Below, piece by piece: positions 12,158 through 24,939 of a stretch of DNA of 64,000 nucleotides. A model generated the notes under the pieces. The model worked only from the letters and a program-made list of their open reading frames with translations. It was not told the origin of the DNA and did no database searches. The first letter of the stretch is position 1. The number at the start of each line of letters is the position of its first letter. The DNA is from Eukaryota sp. TZLM1-RC (Eukaryota > Protista > Metamonada: BaSk clade): assembly GCA_040285825.1 (NCBI GenBank), contig JAUPSS010000007.1, forward strand, positions 3,012,689 through 3,076,688. The letters are read 5' to 3'. The position numbers and the translations under genes were made by a program.

Positions 12158-13351
12158 TTTTTTATAGGTTTTATGGTAATTCATCTGATTTAATTTTTAA
12201 TTCTTTTAATCTTGATTCTTTATCAGGAGTTAAACAAGGAGACCCTTTAGGTCCTTTCTTTTTTTGTCTTGCAATTCACCCAATTTTGAAAAAATTAAAA
12301 GAAGAAAATTCTGACCTTCAAGTGGTAGCCTACATGGATGACATTTCTTGTATTGGTCCAGAAAGTACAATTAATACGGTTGCTAATGAAGCTGCTACAT
12401 TATACCAATCCATAGGTCTTGAGTTGAATGTTCAAAAATGTTTTTGTATTTCTAGGAAAAATGTAAAGTTAATAATTAATTCCCTTGAAGTTCCATATAT
12501 TGATTATACTTCAACTAGTTTCTGCTTTCTTGGTTGCTATTTAGGTTCCGCCGAAAAAAACACTTGATAGCCTTGAAAATTATTTAAATTCAATTAAAAA
12601 AAGAGCTAGAAGTCATAAAGACTCTTGAATTGGAAAAACATCTTAAGTTTTTTCTTTTGAAAATTTGTTATGCTGGAAAAATTACACATTTACTGAGATC
12701 ATTACCTCCATCCCTAACTTACAATTTTTGTAGACAATTTAACAAAATACGTACCCAATTTTTGGCTTATTTAATGTCTGTTGATCCATCAATTTTGAAA
12801 AATCATATTTTTTCTGATGTTCAACTTGGCGGTGTTGGATTCAATTCATCAAAATATTTGACCAAAGCTGCATTTATTGGTGGTGGAAAAAATTTTGTAT
12901 TTGAATTCTCCAGAAGATATCCTTTTGCCGAAAATCTTCTTGAAACTACAAATAGCCTATTCCTGGATAACTTAAGAGAAGAAATATCCAGTTTATCTCC
13001 CGACTTATGGCAATCATGTTTCCCCATGTTCATTCAAGAAATTCCAGACAGAAGTTTATATTCATTAAAATTTGCGTTGAAAAAGCTCCAACGACATCTT
13101 TTGAAAAATTTTGAAAACAAGGATTTTATTGTTCGACTTAGCACGGCTAAGAAAGAAAATCCTGCTTTTGCCAATTTTTTGATTGATTTGAAGGACAGTT
13201 CATCTGCAGTTTTGATAAATCAAATTCCCCAGATTTATGGTCTATTTTTGAATGACGACCAATGGACCATTGCTATGAGAATGCGTTGTTATTTATGGCC
13301 TTGTAATTTGCCCAATGATTTGTTTTGTAAATGTGGAGCTGGTTTGACATT
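12158..13351 (+). mobile_element. Family A RT-to-CCHC fragment
   Basis: GVKQGDPLGP, YMDD, FLG, LGGVGF; interrupted by the poly(T) of a family C insertion. Confidence 0.9.
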
Positions 13352-13544
13352 TTTTTTTCACCTTATTTATTTTTATTCAACAACAAATATGAAATACACA
13401 ATTAAAACTCCACATCCTCAAAACCTGCCTCCCCTACATCAAAACAATTAATCGCTAAAGATTCAGAAAATTTCCCAACAGAAGATAGTGAATCAGAAAT
13501 TAGTGTTACCATTCCTTTAAAAATAGAAAATACAATCCTGTTTT
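13352..13544 (-). mobile_element. Family C 3' end
   Basis: FEDVEF terminus; poly(A) tail on the - strand. Confidence 0.85.
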
Positions 13545-16500
13545 CCGTGACTACTGAGCATGTTGCGCCAGAGTCGATTATGCCTTTAACTTCGACATTG
13601 TTGATCGAAAAGTTTAATTGTAGGCAGTTGGTTGTGGACTTTATGGATTGTACCATGAATATTGTATCAGAATCGTATTCAGCTTGTTCTGAGAAGAAAT
13701 TAGCTTAAATGTTGTGCGTCTTGGCATGTTCCAAGTTGGCCAAATGATTGATTAGGGAATCTTTCCATGTTGTGTTTTCTGTGTGGGAATGTGTTGTAGT
13801 TGTAGGGGGTATGGTTTCAAAACTACGTAAATAGTGACGAGAACGTTTATTATAAGATGAAGAGCCTCTGCCTCTGCCGCGAGTGCCTCTTCGACTACGG
13901 AAACCAGAACCTCTAGAACCTCTGCCTCGAGCTTGTTGTTGAGCTTGTTGCTCTCTCCACTTTTTGCTTCTTTGGCAGTCCTCACTAGGTCACCTTTCAG
14001 TCGGATGACCCATTTGTTTACAGAAATTTCATTGGACGTTGGAATCAAACTGAGTGGAAGACGGTTGAGTAGAGCTTCCTTCTCGCCGTTGTTGTTTTGG
14101 GCGCCTGCCAGAGCTGGAACCTTTTGGTTTGGGGATAGCAGGGGGAGAAGGTACCGTCTGTCTGCGACGGTTCTCAGTCTGGAACGAGATTCTATTTTGA
14201 TACAGGAAGTCCACGTGGTTAATCTGCTCCTTAAACGATCTAGCATTACAAAAGTTTTCGTATTCTATTTGAAGAACACTGAAAAATTCTCCTAGGGTGT
14301 GGCCATCTGAGTAGTAATGGGAGGGATTGGACCAGATCCTGAGGTGTCTGTCCCTGATGATGGTAATACCGATGCTTTCAATGACGTGAGAAGCAATTTC
14401 CCATTCAGGAAGTCGGTCGACGGGGTTTCCGTGGATGGTGATGTGTCTCATTTGTTGAGTCAGGCCACGAACGTCTTGGATAGCGGTGGAACGCGTTAAG
14501 ACTCTGCCTATGTTAAGCATGAAGTCTATCCATCTGTTACCATAATCTCTCTCAGACCAATCCATGTGTACAGCATGAAGGACATCCAGGGCTTGATCCA
14601 ATCTACTGAATTGGGTTCTCCTTAGGATCTGTTCCCAAATGTTGCGTTCGTCTCTGCTGGTTGGAACCATGGCAGAGGAAATTGAAAGGCCAGTGCCTTG
14701 ATACCTTAACGCGTTGAGAGCTTCAGGTGTAACGCATTCAGCTAAGCCTCTGGGACTAATGCGCATGGCAGATCTGAAGAGATCCCATTCATGAATTGGT
14801 TCACTGTCGAACCGTTGATCAGATGCCAGTTCTGCTGATCTAGCTAGTTCAAGTTCTTCGCGAAGTCTAGCAACTTCGCTGGCCAAGGCAACTTGGGCAG
14901 GATCCTCAATGTTGCCTCGAGCCTCGTCTACATTTCTATCCGTGCGACTCCAGAGGATAAACTTGTTAACAAATTTGAGGAGTTTATCAACGTCTCTTAA
15001 ATCAGTCGCGTCGAGAGTTGGACGTTTGGGGCGGTCTTTGCGTCTATTGTCCCTATCTCTTGATCCCACCATGGAAGATAGGAGAAGGTTACTATCGTAA
15101 GTACCTGAGAAAGTAGAACGGGAAGAACTAACCGTGGAAGGTGTTGGTTGAGCCGCATGTTGTGAACTTATTGAACCAGTGGAAGGAGGTGTGGGTGGAA
15201 CCACTGATTGTTCCATAGGCTGTGTAGGTGCTGGAGTTTGTTCCATTGGTGCTAGCACAGTTGGAATTGAGTCTGGAGTTGGGGACTCATCACTGACTTC
15301 TACTACAACATCCTCTTCAGTTTGTTCCATGGGAGGATTATGCGAGGGTTGTGTTAAGGGTTCTGTAGAAATTTCCATAGGTTTTTCTGCGGAGGGTGGA
15401 ACTTCACTTTGGTGAGGTTCAGGAGAAGGTTCTGTCTCTTCAATCTGGGCTGGAACCTGGTAAGAAGAGATCGCTGGTTGAACTAAGCGTGTTTTCTCTA
15501 TACGACCTTCTACCATGACCCATTTTAACATCCTGGATTCTATACATCCAGGGAAAACAGTGACGAGCTGGAGAGCTCTTTGAAGATTACCTGATCTTCT
15601 GTGGTCAGGATCACAATATGAAGCTATATGGTCAGGACGTCTGTCGTAAAAGAAGAGTCTTTCACCATATGTGGTTTCGGTAAACCACCACCCTGTTCTA
15701 AAATCTCTGTCGATAAGGATATCAAGAAATGCGTTGTACCCAGGGCTGAACCTAGGGTAGGGGCAAGGATTGTAGACGTTAATGAAAAGGTTGTCTTCGT
15801 CTCCAGCGAAGCGTCTGAATACTCCTTCCCGAGTAGTTCTCATGAACCTAACTCCGGGTCTGGGGTCGTGAGTGGGTTCAGGATCGTGTCTCGTGTTCTC
15901 TGGGGTAATTCTTTCGTCGGAGAGATATGGACCAATCCTTGGAGTGATCCATAATCCTAGGTCATTTTCGACTCTAGGACCGAAGAAAGGAGGACGCCCA
16001 TTGCTCATCTCCGTAGGAGGGATGGCTTTGGGGTCTTCTGGAATTACTCGAGCATCCCTATAACGGGCATAAGGATTGTGCTGATGGGAAGCACCACGAT
16101 GAACACTTGAGCTAGCGTTGGAGCTAGCTTGAGAAGGGGTAGGTTGAGCAGGTGTAGAGGATGTTTCTCTTCTAGCTTCAATCTCTCTGTCCAGTCTTTT
16201 TGTGTGTTCCCAGTTACGTTCTCCTTGAAGAAAACGCTCTAAATATTTATTAGAGACCTCACCAGAAATTCTGTCAATTTCAGATGGAGGTGCCGTAAGA
16301 GGGACCTGCTGTTGAGGTAAAGGGGAGAATTCCTTGGAAGGTTCCTCGTACTCTACCAAATTTGAAAAGATTTGTTCGTACCTTTTCCTTTGCTCTTCAG
16401 AAAGATACGAAGGAAGGTTCGAAGTGCTAGGAATGGAATCACTAGCCTGGACAGGGGAAACAGACAAATTATTAACTCCACTTACTGTTGAAGTTAGAGA

Positions 16501-17263
16501 AGATCCTGAAGTTGGAACGGCAGGATTTTGACTGATTCTCCTTACAGTTGGAACTGAAGGAAGTTGATGGAAGGGTGGAACCTCAGACATAGGTCTAGGA
16601 AATGAAGTTGGAACTTCAGTGTCCTGTCGAGAGAGAGGAGTTTGGACTCCAGATCCTTCTGTAGTATTTTGATAAGGTTTGACCGTCTCTCTTCTTTGAA
16701 TAGAAGGTGAAGGTGGAATTTCAGAGCTTCTTTGAGGGTGGGGAGAAGATGGGACTTCTGATACCCTGAGTGAAGAAGAAGAGTGAGGAGCTTCGGAATC
16801 CTCAGCATCTTCGTAGTCGTAGGAGACTAACGAAAGGCTTCTTCCTTCTGAAGGAATAGAATCCTTAGAAGGGTTGTCTTCTTCTACAGGAGCGGAATCT
16901 TGAGGAGAGGAACTTCCTTCCATTGGAGCGGAATCCTCAGGAAGGGAAACGTCTTCCTTTGGGGTAGCACCCTCAGGAAGAGTGGCTTCAGGAAGGGCAG
17001 AAGCTTCTACTGAAGAAGGGGGCACGGGAGCGGGGTCTGTGGTTAGTGGTGAGGAAGAGGGACCAGTTTCTTCCTCATGGATCCTGCGTTGAGCCATTAA
17101 CGACCCAGTACGTATTGATGGTCTAGGCGAGTTAGTGTCAGACATACAAAGTAAAAGTAATGAAATTTATTACGAAGAGGAATTGTATTCTCTCTGCTTA
17201 AACTAATAGGCGGAATACTAATAAACTATACAATTAAACTATAAATACTATTCAAGACTAACA
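13543..17263 (-). mobile_element. Truncated Ty3/gypsy copy (5' LTR 17116-17263, gag, start of protease)
   Basis: Near-identical reverse complement of 32553-36273; cut just after IIDSGATCSVV. Confidence 0.95.
14029..17145 (-). CDS. gag: Gag-like ORF1 (1038 aa up to the first UGA)
   Basis: Lies between LTR and protease; four aa differences from 32671-35787. Confidence 0.75.
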   Translation of the reverse strand: MSDTNSPRPSIRTGSLMAQRRIHEEETGPSSSPLTTDPAPVPPSSVEASALPEATLPEGATPKEDVSLPEDSAPMEGSSSPQDSAPVEEDNPSKDSIPSEGRSLSLVSYDYEDAEDSEAPHSSSSLRVSEVPSSPHPQRSSEIPPSPSIQRRETVKPYQNTTEGSGVQTPLSRQDTEVPTSFPRPMSEVPPFHQLPSVPTVRRISQNPAVPTSGSSLTSTVSGVNNLSVSPVQASDSIPSTSNLPSYLSEEQRKRYEQIFSNLVEYEEPSKEFSPLPQQQVPLTAPPSEIDRISGEVSNKYLERFLQGERNWEHTKRLDREIEARRETSSTPAQPTPSQASSNASSSVHRGASHQHNPYARYRDARVIPEDPKAIPPTEMSNGRPPFFGPRVENDLGLWITPRIGPYLSDERITPENTRHDPEPTHDPRPGVRFMRTTREGVFRRFAGDEDNLFINVYNPCPYPRFSPGYNAFLDILIDRDFRTGWWFTETTYGERLFFYDRRPDHIASYCDPDHRRSGNLQRALQLVTVFPGCIESRMLKWVMVEGRIEKTRLVQPAISSYQVPAQIEETEPSPEPHQSEVPPSAEKPMEISTEPLTQPSHNPPMEQTEEDVVVEVSDESPTPDSIPTVLAPMEQTPAPTQPMEQSVVPPTPPSTGSISSQHAAQPTPSTVSSSRSTFSGTYDSNLLLSSMVGSRDRDNRRKDRPKRPTLDATDLRDVDKLLKFVNKFILWSRTDRNVDEARGNIEDPAQVALASEVARLREELELARSAELASDQRFDSEPIHEWDLFRSAMRISPRGLAECVTPEALNALRYQGTGLSISSAMVPTSRDERNIWEQILRRTQFSRLDQALDVLHAVHMDWSERDYGNRWIDFMLNIGRVLTRSTAIQDVRGLTQQMRHITIHGNPVDRLPEWEIASHVIESIGITIIRDRHLRIWSNPSHYYSDGHTLGEFFSVLQIEYENFCNARSFKEQINHVDFLYQNRISFQTENRRRQTVPSPPAIPKPKGSSSGRRPKQQRREGSSTQPSSTQFDSNVQ

Positions 17264-17270
17264 TTATGAG

Positions 17271-18135
17271 GAAACTCATTGTTATTGGAAAAGGGTGTTT
17301 GTGACAACAAGTCGTCAGATTCTTCACTTTTTGTAACCATTGTACCACGAAGATTTGGATTGTGTGCCACTAATGAAGCATTTGTAACAAAAATGAGATT
17401 ATATTTGAACATCCCCATTAATCAATTATTATCAAAAGAAAAATCTATTTGTTCGAATTCACCTCAACTCATTTTGCGCCATGCTCTGAATTGCTCTGAA
17501 TTGATAACTTATCGTTCTTCATAACATGATGCTGTTAGAGACACTGTTTTCAATATGGCACAAACTGCAAGGATATCGTGTATCAAAGAGCCCCTGCTGA
17601 AGGAAACACTTTCTCTGAATAATTTTGGTTCTGATGATAGAGGTGATGTATACTGTGATTGGATTGATAATTCTGAAGCTATTGTTGACTTTGTCTCATG
17701 TAATGTTGCAAATGATACTTTGGTTCACAAAAGAAAACTTAATCCTGTGGCTGCTCTGGATTTTAAAGCAAAAGAGAAACATAGAAAATATGATAAAGAA
17801 ATTGAAGATGCAAATGTCGATAGGAATACACAGCTGGTTTTTATTGCTTTCCCATTTTCGATAAATGGAAGATTATCAGTTGAAGCAGAAACTTTTTTGG
17901 ATGACTTCCAAAAAATGGTGAAAGAAAAAACAATGAAAAGATTTGATATTTTTTTATGGCGTTCACGGATTCAATTTGCCATTATTAATAGATTACCGCG
18001 GTTTTTCAATCGAATTAGAGAAGCTTTAGCTAGACAGAAAGCAAATCAAGATTTTGTAGAGGAAATCTTGGTTTAATGATAGTCGTCCCATTAGTTATGA
18101 TTTAATTTAATCAAGTGTGCAAATTCAATAAATAA
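17271..18135 (+). mobile_element. Non-LTR family F, 3' fragment
   Basis: HALNC, HDAVRD, RGDVYC, IVDF, KHRKY; AATAAA. Confidence 0.9.
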
Positions 18136-21100
18136 ATGTTTTTGAATTTTTCCAAAGGTTCCCTTTTGATGTTCATCTGATTAATGGTGAATCAAATTTT
18201 TACTTGAATCAACTGCAATTTGAATTAGAAAATTTGCCTAGTGATATCTGGATTCAGTGTTTTCCTCAAAATGTTCAAGAAATTCCCACTCGATCACTTC
18301 CAAATTTACGTTTTTGCTTGAAAAAGCTTCAGCACCATCTGGTTAAATTATATGAAGGCTTGGATTATGAAGTAAGACTTGGCTTGGCCAAAACTAAAAA
18401 TCCCGCTTTCGGTAATATTTTAAAGGATATTCGTGATAGTTCTGCTGCTGCTTTAGTAACTCAAGTTCCCTCTGTTTATGGACTTTTGTTAAAAGACAAT
18501 GAATGGCTTCTAAACATGCGTTTTCGTTGTTTTCTGTGGCCAAACAATTTGCCCAATCATTTAACTTGTAAATGTGGTAAACCTCTTTTGTTTACTCATC
18601 TTTTGAACTGTAAACATTTCATTACGTTTAGAAGCAAAGTGCATAATAACGTCAGGGACCAAATTTATGTAATGTGCAAATCATATCGTGTAGATTCCTT
18701 TTTAGAACCGCTGTTATCAAAATTAATTCTTGATGATCCCAATATTGATAGTACGCGTTACAACAGAGCTTCTATGGGTCTGATTAGAGGTGATCTAGTT
18801 GTTCCTGGTTTAAATGGTAGTTTTACTATTTTGGACGCCATGTCTATTGACCCTTGTAATTCCTCTAACGAACATTTCATTTTTTTTTGAAAAATTTTAA
18901 TTTATTATTAAACTACAGTCTAAAAGTCAATATCTTCAAAACAAGCTTCCACACCATCAAACCTCACAACAGCAATTTCTTCGTAATGTGCACTGACAGA
19001 CATCAAAGCTTTCGAAATCATTTTAGGAATTGATTTGAAAATAGTAAAAACAATACGATTTAGCCACAAGCGACGATCAAAACGCTTATTCATTCTTCTT
19101 TTCACAAGATTTTCAAAATCATCAATAAAATTCATAGCAGTTTTTCCAAGACGACCATACAACGATATAGCAAATGGGCAAATTTGGTAATCTACATGGC
19201 AAACATGTTTCAATTCTTTTAAAGGATTTGCATACTTTTTCCGTTTGTACAATTCGGAGTCATCAAGGGGGGATACTTCGGATTGAGCATTTTTCAAGGC
19301 ATTTTTCTTGCAAACATCCACTGTTACGACATCAACAACATTCATGACATCATCAAACGAGGGCACAACAACATCAGCACGTCGTTTTCCATATTCTGAA
19401 TCTCTTACGCTTTCATTTATATCAAGAGACCTCAACAAAGGTTCTACAAAAGATTCAATATGATAGGAATTACACATTGCATGGATTTGATCTCTGACTG
19501 CATCATGCAACGTAGAACGATAGGAAATAAATCTATTACAATTAAATAAATGTGATAATGTCAAACCAGCTCCACATTTGCAAAACAAATCATTGGGCAA
19601 ATTACAAGGCCATAAATAACAACGCATTCTCATAGCAGTGGTCCATTGGTCGTCATTCAAAAATAGACCATAAATCTGGGGAATTTGATTTATCAAAACT
19701 GCAGATGAACTGTCCTTCAAATCAATCAAAAATTTGCAAAACAGGATTTTCTTTCTTAGCCGTGCTAAGTCGAACAATAAAATCCTTGCTTTCAAATTTT
19801 TCAAAAGATGTCGTTGGAGCTTTTCAACGCAAATTTTAGAGAATACAAACTTCTGTCTGGAATGTCTTGAATAGATATGGGGAAACATGATTGCCATAAG
19901 TCTGGAGATAAACTGGAAATTTCTTCTCTTAAGTTATCGAGGAATAGGCTATTTGTAGTTTCAAGAAGATTTTCGGCAAAGGATATCTTCTGGAGAATTC
20001 AAATACAAAATTTTTCCATTACCAATAAATGCAGCTTTGGTCAAATATTTTGATGAATTGAATCCAACACCGCCAAGTTGAACATCAGAAAAAATATGAT
20101 TTTTCAAAATTGATGGATCAACAGACATTAAATAAGCCAAAAATTGGGTACGTATTTTTGTTAAATTGTCTACAAAAATTGTAAGTTAGGGATGGAGGTA
20201 ATGATCTCAGTAAATGAGTAATTTTTCCAGCATAACAAATTTTCAAAAGAAAAAACTTAAGATGTTTTTCCAATTCAAGAGTCTTTATGACTTCTAACTC
20301 TTTTTTAATTGAATTTAAATAATTTTCAAGGCTATCAAGTGTTTTTTCGGCGGAACCTAAATAGCAGCCAAGAAAGCAGAAACTAGTTGAAGTATAATCA
20401 ATATATGGAACTTCAAGGGAATTAATTATTAACTTAACATTTTTCCTAGAAATACAAAAACATTTTTGAACATTCAACTCAAGACCTATGGATTGGTATA
20501 ATGTAGCAGCTTCATTAGCAACCCTATTAATTGTACTTTCTGGACCAATACAAGAAATGTCATCCATGTAAGCTACCACTTGAAGGTCAGAATTTTCTTC
20601 TTTTAATTTTTTCAAAATTGGGTGAATTGCAAGACAAAAAAAGAAAGGACCTAAAGGGTCTCCTTGTTTAACTCCTGATAAAGAATCCAGATTAAAAGAA
20701 TTAAAAATTAAATCAGATGAATTACCATAAAACCTATAAAAAAAGGTTTCGAGTTCAGGAAAATTTGATTTGATTTCTTTCCAAATTGAATCTCTTTTCA
20801 CTGAATTGAAAGCATTTTTGAAATCAAGATTAAAAATGCAACTATTTTCGTGACAATTGAAAAACAAATCAGATGTCAAAGCTGCAACTGAAGCTCCATC
20901 TATGGTTTTGATTCCATATTGGAATGGAGAAAAGTATTCTTTAGCTTTTGTTTTGAACATTTCATTAACTCGGATGTAAATAATCCTCTTCTTGCAGGCG
21001 AAAAATATAAAATTGCTAAATATGCGAAACCCATTTCCTCGGTTAATGAAAATTCTCATGCCCAATATAATTTATGTCCATTTGTTTTTTCTTTGCTTGG

Positions 21101-21387
21101 ATCTCTAGGTAAGGCTGCTATGGCTTTCCTTGAGGATTTTGTTGTAGTTGTAAAGGAAAGAACTGGAAGAATTTTCAATCGTGTTTACTGGCAAAACAGG
21201 ATTGTATTTTCTATTTTTAAAGGAATGGTAACACTAATTTCTGATTCACTATCTTCTGTTGGGAAATTTTCTGAATCTTTAGCGATTAATTGTTTTGATG
21301 TAGGGGAGGCAGGTTTTGAGGATGTGGAGTTTTAATTGTGTATTTCATATTTGTTGTTGAATAAAAATAAATACATTAAAAAAAAAT
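18136..21387 (+). mobile_element. Family C copy interrupted by an antisense family A insertion
   Basis: C sequence stops at 18881 and resumes at 20955 across a duplicated 12-mer. Confidence 0.9.
18882..20954 (-). mobile_element. Family A 5'-truncated insertion (RT + RLE) with 12-bp TSD GAACATTTCATT
   Basis: TSD at 18870-18881 and 20955-20966; poly(T) adjacent to the left copy. Confidence 0.92.
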
Positions 21388-21397
21388 TCAATAAATA

Positions 21398-22550
21398 CGA
21401 ATTTTTCCAAAGGTTCCCTTTTGATGTTCATCTGGTCAATGGTGAATCAAATTTCTACTTGAATCAATTGCAATTTGAATTAGAAAATTTGCCTAGTGAT
21501 ATCTGCATTCAGTGTTTTCCTCAAAATGTTCAAGAAATTCCCACCCGATCACTTCCAAATTTACGTTTTTGCTTGAAAAAGTTTCAGCACCATCTGGTTA
21601 AATTATATGAAGGCTTGGATTATGAAGTAAGACTTGGCTTGGCCAAAATTAAAAATCCCGCTTTCGGTAATTTTTTAAAGGATATTCGTGATAGTTCAGC
21701 TGCTGCTTTAGTAACTCAAGTTTCCTGTGTTTATGGACTTTTGTTAAAAAACAATGAATGGCTTCTAAACATGCGTTTTCGTTGTTTTCTGTGGCCAAAC
21801 AATTTGCCCAATCATTTAACTTGTAAATGTGGTAAACCTCTTTTGTTTACTCATCTTTTGAACTGCAAACATTTCATTACGTTTAGAAGCAAAGTGCATA
21901 ATAATGTCAGGGACCAAATTTATGTAATGTGCAAATCATATCGAGTAGATTCCTTTTTAGAACCGCTGTTATCAAAATTAATTCTTGATGATCCAAATAT
22001 TGATAGTACGCGTTACAACAGAGCTTCTATGGGTCTGACTATAGGTGATCTAGTTGTTCCTGGTTTAAATGGTAGTTTTACTATTTTGGACGCCATGTCT
22101 ATTGACCCTTGTAATTCCTCTAACGAACATCTCATTAACTCGGATGTAAATAATCCTCTTCTTGCAGGCGAAAAATATAAAACTGCTAAATATGCGAAAC
22201 CCATTTCCTCGGTTAATGAAAATTCTCATGCCCAATATAATCTATGTCCATTTGTTTTTTCTTTGCTTGGATCTCTAGGTAAGGCTGCTATGGCTTTCCT
22301 TGAGGATTTTGTTGTAGTTGTAAAGGAAAGAACTGGAAGAATTTTCAATCGTGTTTACTGGCAAAACAGGATTGTATTTTCTATTTTTAAGGGAATGGTA
22401 AAACTAATTTCTGATTCACTATCTTCTTTTGGGAAATTTTCTGAATCTTTAGCAATTAATTGTTTTGATGTAGGGGAGGCAGGTTTTGAGGATGTGGAGT
22501 TTTAATTGTGTATTTCATATTTGTTGTTGAATAAAAATAAATAAGTAAAA
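21398..22550 (+). mobile_element. Family C 3' half (open to stop at 22505)
   Basis: CKCG..HLLNC, HNNVRD, LDAMS, KY, FEDVEF. Confidence 0.9.
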
Positions 22551-23387
22551 GTTGCCTAATCTCCCAAATTCCCAACATTTATGGCCTTCTACTTAATGAT
22601 CACCAATGGACCACTGCAATGAGAATGAGATGTTTTCTATGGCCTTGTTCATTACCAAATGATTTAATTTGACGCTGCAAGAGTGTTGTTACGCTTTCCC
22701 ATATTTTAAACTGTAAGTATTTTATAACTTATCGCTCACTTGTTCATGACTCAGTTCGTGATCAATTATATGCCATGTGCAAAAGTTTCAATATAGAGGC
22801 ATTTATTGAGCCACTAGTACGTAAGCTGTCTTCAGATCAAACTGATGATTCCTTTGGTAAAAGAAGGGCAGATTTAGTAGCTCCAGGGATCGATGGTGTT
22901 CTCAATGTTGTAGACGTTGTCTCAGTAGATGTCTGCAAAAATTCTGCTGCTCGTTTAGTGTATTCCGCTGACTCGCCGTTATCTAACGCCGAAAAAAAGA
23001 AGATAAAAAATATGAAGAACCTTTGGCACAATTAGGTAGAGTGGAACATGTGAAATATCAGTTTGTGCTGTTTGCAATTTCTCTTTTTGGCAATATTGGA
23101 CCTTCAGGGTTGCACTTTTTTGAAAATTTCAAAAGAGTGTTACTGAATAGGTCTGGTAAAACAATGAACTCCACTTTCTGGTTAAATAGAATTGTTTTTT
23201 GCATTTTCAAGTCTATTCCAACAATGATTTCAAAGGTACTTTTAGCTATTGGTGTAGAATATGAACGTAATGCTGTGAGTAGGTTCAGTAATAGTGACGC
23301 TTGTTTGGAGGATATTGAATTCTAGATGGGTTTTTTATCTCAATAATTATTCCAGTTTTAAAAATAAATAAATATCACTAAAAAAAA
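22551..23387 (+). mobile_element. Non-LTR family E, 3' fragment
   Basis: HDSVRD, RRAD; ends ACLEDIEF-TAG; poly(A). Confidence 0.9.
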
Positions 23388-24935
23388 TTCTCCAGTTTCC
23401 ACAATAGTTGATGGTAGTGAACTTCAAGCCAAATTATATTCAATTGATGCTATTCGTCATTTGGGTTCGTTTTTAGGAAATAATGATGAAATTACCAAAA
23501 AATTGTTTGAAAAGTTGAACTCAATTTCTTTCTCGTTTGCTGGCATCAATTGTCTTCGATCGTGTCAAAGACAAAGCTCCTACATTTTTGAATCCTCATC
23601 AATTTGGAATCAAAACAATTGATGGTGCTTCTGTTGCTGCTATTGCCTCAGATACTTTTTTTAATGCAGAGGAAAATAATTATATTTTTAATCTCGACTT
23701 TAAAAATGCTTTTAATTCTGTAAAGCGAGAAGCAATTTTTGAAGTTATTAAATCTGATTTTCCTGAGCTATCGAGTTTTTTCTACCATTTTTATGGGAAA
23801 GAATCAGATTTAATTTTTAATTCATTTGGTCTTAAAAAATCATCTTCTGGTGGGAAGCAAGGTGATCCTTTAGGCCCGTTATTGTTTTGTTTAGCTATTC
23901 ACAAAACTTTGAATATCATTAAGCAAAAATACCCTTCTATAAAAATAGTTGCTTATATGGATGATATATCCTTGATTGGTTCATTTGATTTACTAGAATT
24001 GGTTGCTCAAGAAATTGCCGATTCATATGAAAATATTGGGCTTCATCTTAATGCCAGCAAATGTCTTCTGATTGGCTCTTCTGCTCAAGACCTCGTGATA
24101 AACGATTCTATCGTCTCTTTTACTAATTATAGTAGTGATGCTTTTAAGTTCCTTGGTTGTTGGTTAGGAAACGTGCCTCAAATTCAGAATGAATTGCAAG
24201 CTATTTTGTAATTCCTCTAACGAACTTTTCATTAACTCGGATGTAAATAATCCTCTTCTTGCAGGCGAAAAATATAAAATTGCTAAATATGCGAAACCCA
24301 TTTCCTCGGTTAATGAAAATTCTCATGCACAATATAATTTATGTCCCTTTGTATTTTCTTTGCTTGGATCTTTGGGTAAGGCTGCTTTGGCTTTCCTTGA
24401 AGATTTTGTTGTTGTTGTAAAGGAAAGAATTGGAAGAATTTTCAATCGTGTTTACTGGCAAAACAGGATTGTATTTTCTATTTTTAAGGGAATGGTAAAA
24501 CTGATGTTGATGCGTGTATTGAGGATATTGAGTTCTAGTTTTTTGTTTAATGTTTTGTTAGCGTTGAAAATAAATTTATACCAATCAAAAAAAAATCACT
24601 GTCTTCTTTTGGGAAATTTTCTGAATCTTTAGCGATTAATTGTTTTGATGTAGGGGAGGCAGGTTTTGAGGATGTGGAGTTTTAATTGTTCATTTTATGT
24701 TTTCATATTCGTTGTTGAATAGAATATTCTAAATGAAAAAAAATATATGCTACAATATCTATTTCTGGAAATTTTTCTTTTAATTCGCACATTAATGGAT
24801 AAAGTGATAAACAAAAGGAAAAAAAGACCAAGGGGATCACCCTGGGGAAGAAAGCAGGTCAAAATTTTCATAGACCAATGTTGATGATTTTCCATAAACA
24901 GAATAGAAAAAAAGACTCCACTTCAGGAAAAATAA
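23388..24935. mobile_element. Mosaic of RT fragments (23388-24207), family C (24208-24745) carrying a 94-bp family D tail, and a - strand RT scrap
   Basis: QGDPLGP and YMDD in ORF 23537-24211; C and D termini recognisable. Confidence 0.8.
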
Positions 24936-24939
24936 TGTT

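Noticed and set aside
22670-22672. TGA at a Cys position of the family E knuckle as support for UGA=Cys
   Set aside because: Single site in a frameshifted copy; the 48.4-kb copy has TGT. Compatible with decay, so at best weak support
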